Positions 57,611-64,000 of a DNA stretch of 64,000 bases are shown here, piece after piece. Within the stretch, counting starts at the first letter, position 1. Every line of letters begins with the position of its first letter. Below the pieces are notes generated by a model. It made no database searches. It was given only the letters and a program-made list of their open reading frames with translations, and was not told the DNA's origin. The stretch is from Candidatus Thorarchaeota archaeon (GTDB taxonomy: Archaea; Asgardarchaeota; Thorarchaeia; Thorarchaeales; Thorarchaeaceae). The DNA lies in NCBI GenBank assembly GCA_004524445.1, contig SDNP01000008.1:1-64000 (forward strand), read 5' to 3'. Made by a program: the position numbers and the translations under genes.

Positions 57611-59053
57611 ATGTTTGTGAAGACAGATAGAAAGGAACTAACGAGCATCGGTGTAGACATCGGGTCATCTACATCGCATGTTGTCTTCAGTAAGATCATA
57701 TTAGAAAAAGACATTAAAAGCCGCACCGAGAAATTCGAGATTGTAGACAAGGAAGTTATTTTCTCCGGACCAATACATTTGACACCATTCAAAGATGCTC
57801 ACACTATTGACTATGTTGCGCTTCAGAATCTCCTATTGTCTGACTATAAGGCAGCGGGCATGTCTATAGGGGATATCGACACAGGAGCGGTCATTATTAC
57901 GGGAGAGAGTGCCAAGAAGCAAAATGCAGAACAAATTGTGGAGATGCTAGCAGGAGAAGCAGGCAAATTCGTTGCAGCAACTGCGGGTCCGAATTTTGAG
58001 TCAGTGCTGGCAGCTCATGGTTCTGGAGCAATCGCCTTGTCGGAGGAGTCAGGTTTGACTGTGATGAATATAGACATTGGAGGTGGCTCTTCTAACATAG
58101 CTATTTGTAGAAACGGGAAAATAACTGATACTGGTGCCATCAATGTAGGAGGGCGACTTGTAGCTTTTGAAAAGGATGACATCATTACACGATTGGAGGA
58201 AACCGGCAGAAAAATAGGAGAGGTCATAGGTGTTGATTTACAACTAGGCTCCAGACTTGATGACAGCCAAAAACGGCATTTGGCGAAAACTCTCGCTGAG
58301 GCTCTTGTCGATACTCTTACGGGAAAACCCAATAACCCAGTTTCGGAAATGCTATTGATGACAGAACCTCTACCTGAGCACAATCATGTCGATATCATCA
58401 CATTTTCTGGCGGAGTAGCTGAATTCATCTACGGAAGGGAAAAGCAGGAATACAACGATATTGGAAAAGAGCTTGCAGATGCGATCATTGGCCTCATGCA
58501 GGAGAAGGGTCTACAATATCAGGAGCCGGCACAACGCATTCGTGCAACAGTCATTGGAGCTGGTCAATTTAGTCTTAGAGTCAGTGGTTCAACAACTTTC
58601 CTATCCTCAGGCATTGAGTATCCGATTAGAAATCTACCAGCTGTTATTCCCTACGTTGAGAAAGGCACAACACGGAGGAACGAAGTGACTAGAGCACTAC
58701 GGCGCGCTTTTCAGCGCTTTGATTTGGTCGAGGGAGAGGACCCATTCATTTTGACTTTCAGAGATGCAGTTCGTCCATCCTATGATAATCTATGCGAATT
58801 TGCCCATGGCGTTGTGAATGCATTACCGAATACAGTAAGGAAAAATGAACCGATTATGATGTGTTTCGACACGGATGTGGGAAACAGCGTCGGAAATGTC
58901 ATGAAACGTGAAACTGCCATTACCAACGAAATCTTGGCTATTGATGAAATTTCTCTTGAAGAGGGTGATTTTATTGATATCGGAGAACCAATCATTGAAG
59001 GGGTCGTTGTACCGGTTATTGTGAAGACATTGATTTTCGATTCCAAGCAATGA
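57611..59053 (+). CDS. eutA: ethanolamine ammonia-lyase reactivase-like protein
   Basis: SIGVDIGSSTS, TGAVIITGE, FVAATAGP.FES..A..GSGA, DIGGGSSN, IRATVIGAG and VVPVIVKTLIF motifs. Confidence 0.88.
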   Translation: MFVKTDRKELTSIGVDIGSSTSHVVFSKIILEKDIKSRTEKFEIVDKEVIFSGPIHLTPFKDAHTIDYVALQNLLLSDYKAAGMSIGDIDTGAVIITGESAKKQNAEQIVEMLAGEAGKFVAATAGPNFESVLAAHGSGAIALSEESGLTVMNIDIGGGSSNIAICRNGKITDTGAINVGGRLVAFEKDDIITRLEETGRKIGEVIGVDLQLGSRLDDSQKRHLAKTLAEALVDTLTGKPNNPVSEMLLMTEPLPEHNHVDIITFSGGVAEFIYGREKQEYNDIGKELADAIIGLMQEKGLQYQEPAQRIRATVIGAGQFSLRVSGSTTFLSSGIEYPIRNLPAVIPYVEKGTTRRNEVTRALRRAFQRFDLVEGEDPFILTFRDAVRPSYDNLCEFAHGVVNALPNTVRKNEPIMMCFDTDVGNSVGNVMKRETAITNEILAIDEISLEEGDFIDIGEPIIEGVVVPVIVKTLIFDSKQ

Positions 59054-59108
59054 TTTAACTGGATGATTGATTTACGACCAACCAAATGGGTCAAGAGCTG
59101 ATAGTAAG

Positions 59109-59975
59109 ATGGCTGTAATCCGTGACATTAGAAAAGATGACATGCCCGACATCTTGGAGATATCAAAGAATGTTTGGGGGGGACATGATTACCTACCTCG
59201 TCATATCAATGACTGGCTTAAAGATCCCGATTGCCATACCTTCGGTACAGAAGTGGATGGAAAACTCATTGCTATTGCCAATCTTCGGGTCATAGATGGC
59301 GGAAATACAGCTTGGTTTGAGGGATTGCGAGTTCATCCTAATCACCGAGAACAGGGGTACGCAAATAGGCTCACTGATCATCTTGTCGAGGTTTCTCATG
59401 ACATTGGAGTTGAGAGAGTAAGATATACAACAGCCAAGGATAATGTGGAGTCACTAGCACTCGCTAAGAGAATTGGCCTTGAGAAAATACTTGAGATGTA
59501 CGTCTTCTGGAAGGGGGATTTGTTGGAGCTTGATTGGAGCTACTCGGAGAGAGAGGTACTACAAGTAAGCCCTCGTGACGTACAAGAATTACTGGAAGAG
59601 AATGTTTTCGAATTCCTTCATCCTGTGATCATTCATGATTGGAAGGCTTGGGAGTTTACCGACCAATCTTTGCAGGATCTTGGGCAAAAGTGCTGTTACT
59701 ATCTGAGCCGGGAGAAAGATGCTGTGACTGGACTCTCCGTTGGGGGAATCAGGAAGGAGGCAGATAGCGATCAATGGTCATTTACAGTTTATGCTACAAA
59801 TGAGGAGGCGTTTCTTTCGCATCTTTCTTTTCATCTTGATTTGGCCTGCGACCAACAATTTGATGCAGTAATGTGTATTGCTGAAAGTGCTTTTGAAAGC
59901 ACAATTGAGAGTCTTCCTTGGTTTACTGACGATATTCATGGAACTAGGATTATTCTGTTTAACAAAGAGTTATAG
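59109..59975 (+). CDS. GNAT acetyltransferase
   Basis: WGGHDYLP; WFEGLRVHPNHREQGYA. Confidence 0.85.
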   Translation: MAVIRDIRKDDMPDILEISKNVWGGHDYLPRHINDWLKDPDCHTFGTEVDGKLIAIANLRVIDGGNTAWFEGLRVHPNHREQGYANRLTDHLVEVSHDIGVERVRYTTAKDNVESLALAKRIGLEKILEMYVFWKGDLLELDWSYSEREVLQVSPRDVQELLEENVFEFLHPVIIHDWKAWEFTDQSLQDLGQKCCYYLSREKDAVTGLSVGGIRKEADSDQWSFTVYATNEEAFLSHLSFHLDLACDQQFDAVMCIAESAFESTIESLPWFTDDIHGTRIILFNKEL

Positions 59976-60125
59976 CGTAATAGCCAATGACTGAGCGCTA
60001 ACTGGAAATTCAGGGGGTATAACCTGATCTAACTTCAACAGAAAGATCGCAATGATGGCTAGATTACGATTATATTACTGGCATACTTCCGCAGACTTGA
60101 CTCGATTTAGCGGCCTGTTGGACAA

Positions 60126-60581
60126 CTAGAAATTTGTTTCAGTATATCTAGGCTCAAGATCCTCAAACCATTCTGCAACTTTGGCTTCATCTACTCTGTC
60201 AGATGTTGGCATGTAGGGTTTGATATCGACCACAGGGGTTTCATCGAATGCATCAATTTGGTCGATGACAAGATGTTTCTTTTCTTCGTCAACAGACAGC
60301 AGATTTACGATAGACAGGGCAATGGGTGTGGGACGGTGGCTGGATCTTGTGGCAAATACACCTGATTCTTTTGCCTCTGGAATGTGTGGAGGCTTTGCTC
60401 TCAGATGATTTCTTGCTTCTTCATTGTCATTCTCCGTAAGCCACCACAGCACGACAAGATGAGAAAATCTGTCGAGATTTTGGACTCCTGTCCAATATTT
60501 GTCAAAGACTCTGATGGCGGTATAGTCATCTTCACGAACAATTTTCCCTATGGCTGTTGCTTTCATGTCTTCTTTTATCAT
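60126..60581 (-). CDS. tsaA: tRNA m6t6A37 methyltransferase TrmO/TsaA
   Basis: FSHLVVLWW, GVFATRS.HRP.PIALS and DETPVVDIKPY motifs. Confidence 0.88.
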   Translation of the reverse strand: MIKEDMKATAIGKIVREDDYTAIRVFDKYWTGVQNLDRFSHLVVLWWLTENDNEEARNHLRAKPPHIPEAKESGVFATRSSHRPTPIALSIVNLLSVDEEKKHLVIDQIDAFDETPVVDIKPYMPTSDRVDEAKVAEWFEDLEPRYTETNF

Positions 60582-60645
60582 TCAAATCACTGGTCTGCAA
60601 CAAAATTAGTAAAATCATTCTTAATTGTGCTTTCTGTAGCGGAAT

Positions 60646-62397
60646 TTATTCAGCTGCCATCATCATCAGTCTTACGATTTCCTGACGCATGTCCTGTTCA
60701 GGTACGTATCCCGCCAGTCTACGACTTCCCAATTGTATTGCGGGTAATGCCGGTAGGGCATCTTCTGAAATGCCTGCGTCTGGGTCTTCCACATCCACAA
60801 CTCTGATGGTCGACCTACTGATGCCCATATCATCCAGAACTGATGTTAGAGTGTCCAATACTGGGTCACAGAATACACAATGCTGGGATTTGTAAAATGT
60901 GATAGGCGGGATTTGTAGTTGTTCTTGCCATCGTGGCAGAACGAGAATAAACTTACTACCCTTTGATGAATCTCCTGGTATCCGGTCTTCCACCCAGACC
61001 CTTCCTCCGAGGTCTGAAACATATCTATCAACAACTGTCAAACCCAAACCTTTTCCTGGGGAGCCAGCCTCAGCAATACTTTCTCTCTTGAATACATGTG
61101 GCTTACGGTCATCAGGTATGCCGGGTCCTCGATCTGCGAATTCTAGACGTACTTCACGACCCATATCGACAATACTCGCATTAACATCGACTCGTACTTT
61201 CTTGCTCGGGTCATATATCATGGCATTGTGAAGAATATTGAAGAAAATACTCCAGAGAAACATATCGCCAAGGACTTCCAAAGACTCCTCTCCAATATTT
61301 GTGCTGATATCTAGGTCCTTCCATTCAAAATCGCGGTCGACCTCAGTTGCTGCCCTGTTGAAGTGTGTACTTACTCTTGTCTTAACTCGGTCAGGAGGAC
61401 TTCTTGCAAGTTTAAAGAGAACCTCCATATTGGCAATCATACGCGATGATCTTCGAATATCCCATGCCGTTTCGTTGATGAGTTCGAGTTCTTCTTCAGG
61501 GAGATCCAAAGACACTTTCAGATTTTCAAGTGCAAAGAGAGCGCTTTGATTAATAATATTCAAGTCACTTGTCATAAGCCCAAGATAGAGGTCTGCTCTC
61601 TCTCTTTCTTCTCTGAGTCGATCCTCAGCTAGCTTTCTCCTAGTGATGTCTACTGCCATTAGGCCTATCTCACGAGGCTTTTCAGAGCCCGGGGTAAGTG
61701 AACTAGAGGAGATGGAAGCCCAAATGGGACGCTTATCCGAGCGGACCATCTCCACTTCTAGGGCATTCACCGTCCGCCCTCTGGAAACTTCTGTCAAGAT
61801 GTCTCCAGCTGGGTCATATTCTTCCGTTTTCTCTAGGAAAAGGGTCGAAAAATTAGCCCCAATAAGCCTATCTGCCGTGTAACCAAAGAGTTCTTCTGCT
61901 GCTTTGTTTACCTGCTCGATTATACCTTCACGGTTCAATGTCAGGTAGGCAATGGGCGACAAGTCGTAAAGATTCGCAAATCTGTTTTCTAATTCAAGAA
62001 CAGTTTCCTCAAGAGCAATTTGTCCGGTTACATTATTTACAGAAATCAGAACAGCATCAGCACCATCGAAATTAACAATGCGGGGGTTGATTTCTACATG
62101 TAACAAGTCGCCATGTTTTGTCCTTAACCGGGTATTAAACGCTTCAACATCATCCGCGTCCGCAAGGGCATCTAGTAGGTTCCTATGGTGCTTACGGGAT
62201 AAAGAATCTACAAGATTTTCAAATGGCATGAAAATGAGGTCATCCTTCTGGTATCCTATCATTGCAGAGAAAACAGAATTTGCATCAACTATCTCGTTGT
62301 CTTGCAACACGACAATTCCATCGGTTACAATCTCGAGAATGTTATGTAGCCATTCAGTTTCCTTCTCATCATCTGGCAAAGATAGACCTCTTGTCAC
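60646..62397 (-). CDS. PAS-PAS histidine-kinase-like protein lacking the phospho-His, with C-terminal thioredoxin-like CxxC domain
   Basis: H-box reads MTSDLN; NILHNA, DRGPGI and GKGLGL intact; tail FYKSQHCVFC...LPALP. Confidence 0.85.
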   Translation of the reverse strand: MTRGLSLPDDEKETEWLHNILEIVTDGIVVLQDNEIVDANSVFSAMIGYQKDDLIFMPFENLVDSLSRKHHRNLLDALADADDVEAFNTRLRTKHGDLLHVEINPRIVNFDGADAVLISVNNVTGQIALEETVLELENRFANLYDLSPIAYLTLNREGIIEQVNKAAEELFGYTADRLIGANFSTLFLEKTEEYDPAGDILTEVSRGRTVNALEVEMVRSDKRPIWASISSSSLTPGSEKPREIGLMAVDITRRKLAEDRLREERERADLYLGLMTSDLNIINQSALFALENLKVSLDLPEEELELINETAWDIRRSSRMIANMEVLFKLARSPPDRVKTRVSTHFNRAATEVDRDFEWKDLDISTNIGEESLEVLGDMFLWSIFFNILHNAMIYDPSKKVRVDVNASIVDMGREVRLEFADRGPGIPDDRKPHVFKRESIAEAGSPGKGLGLTVVDRYVSDLGGRVWVEDRIPGDSSKGSKFILVLPRWQEQLQIPPITFYKSQHCVFCDPVLDTLTSVLDDMGISRSTIRVVDVEDPDAGISEDALPALPAIQLGSRRLAGYVPEQDMRQEIVRLMMMAAE

Positions 62398-62654
62398 ATT
62401 TCTGGTTAAAAGATGTTGATAAAGAAACCCGTTACGAATACATAGCAGTTTTCAGCTGAAACACTATGGATTTGGAAACAAATTCTTACATATCAATTTA
62501 GATTACTCGCTGGTATTTTTTGTGGAGGTCTCTTGAAAATCACCTTTACTGCTGAGTTGCTAAGGGATATTACAGATTTGGATGAAAAGCATTCGATAAT
62601 TCCATAGGATAGCTATCCGTAATACCCACAAAAAAGGAGAACCAGTGAGAAATA

Positions 62655-62822
62655 ATGAAGCATCTCCTTGGTCTAATATGGTCCTTTGCTGCAACCTCTC
62701 CAATTCTGGTCATAATTCTGGTTCCTGTTTGGCTCATTCAGCCGAAAAAGCTGATATATACAACATTCTTTGTATTGCTTGCAATAATGCCGCTGATTTT
62801 ATGCACCGCGTCTAACAGATGA
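62655..62822 (+). CDS. possible 55-aa two-TM small protein (below the ORF-track cutoff)
   Basis: MKHLLGLIWSFAATSPILVIILVPVWLIQPKKLIYTTFFVLLAIMPLILCTASNR; AAGGAG upstream. Confidence 0.35.
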   Translation: MKHLLGLIWSFAATSPILVIILVPVWLIQPKKLIYTTFFVLLAIMPLILCTASNR

Positions 62823-62966
62823 ATTGTTCTATTCAAGTAGCACTATCATGGAATTCTAGGATCTACAAATGATACTATTAAGATGGCATAGGTATTTAGA
62901 TGGACGAGATTGTTATATAGGCCACAAGCTGGGTTCAGAATATGCTCTGGAGTCAACCTCAGTAGA

Positions 62967-63206
62967 CTATTCTTCCTTCAGGGAATAAACCAGCTCTTCG
63001 TTTTCATGACCTGTGACTTCAATTTGACCCCACCGCAGCATGCCCATAAGATTCCAGACAATCAAGTCTTTTGGATATTCCGTCCTTGAGGATAGCTGAC
63101 TGACTGTGGCAGCTCCTTCTGTCAACATTTCTTGGATTTTCCGTCTTTGTCTGCGCACTTCGCCGCGTTTCTGGTCGAAGAATTGTCGGAACTTGGTCAT
63201 TTCCAT
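62967..63206 (-). CDS. small winged-helix protein coupled to mvhD
   Basis: KIQEML..GAATVSQLS......KDLIVWNLMGMLRWGQI; overlaps the mvhD stop. Confidence 0.65.
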   Translation of the reverse strand: MEMTKFRQFFDQKRGEVRRQRRKIQEMLTEGAATVSQLSSRTEYPKDLIVWNLMGMLRWGQIEVTGHENEELVYSLKEE

Positions 63207-63646
63207 TCTCTCCTAATTGGTCCGAGCTCTCTCACTTGTTCTGTCAATTTATTGACTCCATCTGCAAAGACTTGTGCCTCAGAAGCCGAGGCCCATTGCA
63301 GCCTTACTCTTCGTGGATTCAATCCAGATTGCTCAATGGCCTTTTCCATCAATGCCCATCTGGCTCGAGCCTTTAAGTTTCCGTTTGTGTAATGACAATC
63401 GCCTGGGTGGCAGCCTGAAACCAACACACCATCGGCACCCATTTCTAGGGCAGATAGTATGAACTCAGGTGTGATACGCCCAGTACAATTCACTCGGATG
63501 ATCCGTGCGTTTGGGGCGTATTGTATTCGTGACGTGCCAGCAAGGTCCGCCCCAGCGTAGCTGCACCAATTACAACAGAACGCAACTATCTGTGGCTCCC
63601 ATTCCTTAGAATCCGACTGTGAAGGGGCTGTCTTCGCCTGTGTCAT
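63197..63646 (-). CDS. mvhD: hydrogenase iron-sulfur subunit MvhD
   Basis: FCCNWCSYAGADLAG, RVNCTGR, GCHPGDCHY and WASASE; TAATG overlap with the upstream hdrA. Confidence 0.93.
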   Translation of the reverse strand: MTQAKTAPSQSDSKEWEPQIVAFCCNWCSYAGADLAGTSRIQYAPNARIIRVNCTGRITPEFILSALEMGADGVLVSGCHPGDCHYTNGNLKARARWALMEKAIEQSGLNPRRVRLQWASASEAQVFADGVNKLTEQVRELGPIRREWK

Positions 63647-64000
63647 TACTTGGCACCTCCCTCTACAAGCTGTTCGGGGCAAAGATATGCTTCCACCATC
63701 GTCAATATCTGTTCATCGGTAGAGTGTCGCATTATTATCGCTCCACTTGGACATGCCGCAGCACAAGTACCACACCCGTGACATTTTGCCTCAGTCACTT
63801 TTGCGACTGCGGGTTCTTTTGTTTGATCAATAGCAATCGCCCCATATGGACAAGCTGAAACACAGGTATGGCATGAGGAACATAGGTCCTCAATGACATG
63901 TGAAACTGTAGATTCGATTTCCACCTCGCCTCGAGCCATAAGGGCAACAGCCTTTGCTGCCGCACCACTTGCATCAACAATAGATTCAGATGCACCTTTT
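63646..64000 (-). CDS. hdrA: HdrA C-terminal fragment (continues beyond the window)
   Basis: SIVDASGAAAKA...CSSCHTCVSACP...CHGCGTCAAACP...TDEQI. Confidence 0.85.
   Translation of the reverse strand, partial: KGASESIVDASGAAAKAVALMARGEVEIESTVSHVIEDLCSSCHTCVSACPYGAIAIDQTKEPAVAKVTEAKCHGCGTCAAACPSGAIIMRHSTDEQILTMVEAYLCPEQLVEGGAK

Noticed and set aside
472-63995. Many 60-205 aa ORFs antisense to or overlapping recognised genes (e.g. 7917..8534, 40976..41500, 49134..49577)
   Set aside because: Shadow frames of well-supported genes with no recognisable motifs

Overview
Gene-dense chromosomal segment from an anaerobic archaeon. An Asgard archaeon of the Thorarchaeia type is my best guess, inferred only from gene content: HdrA/MvhD, tungsten-type AOR, DUF2096, SAMP-like Ubl, Dpo4/DinB, F420-LLM enzyme, GGTGA/GAGG ribosome-binding sites and many orphan membrane proteins. 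I found no rRNA, tRNA, CRISPR array, integrase or transposase. All product calls come from motif recognition by eye, not from database searches. Main points: (1) An ~11 kb catabolic cluster (12.1-23.3 kb) joins a non-PFL glycyl radical enzyme with a divergent active site to KDG kinase, KDPG aldolase, an aminotransferase, an RraA/HMG aldolase and a four-part corrinoid methyl-transfer set. It is a candidate undescribed pathway for a methylated or aminated sugar acid. (2) Two paralogous PAS-PAS histidine kinases each end in a CxxC thioredoxin-like domain, and one has Ser in place of the phospho-acceptor His. (3) An ~8 kb HdrA-MvhD/polyferredoxin/AOR/HdrC block lies between two direct copies of arsR-cadA, the left copy truncated. 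It also holds a 38-codon hdrB remnant missed by the ORF track. (4) Smaller oddities include a tandem pair of membrane proteins with zinc ribbon plus B-box-like fingers, a HARE-HTH fused to a degenerate Mrr domain, an ABC ATPase with a Rho-N/HeH-like extension, and an orphan eutA.
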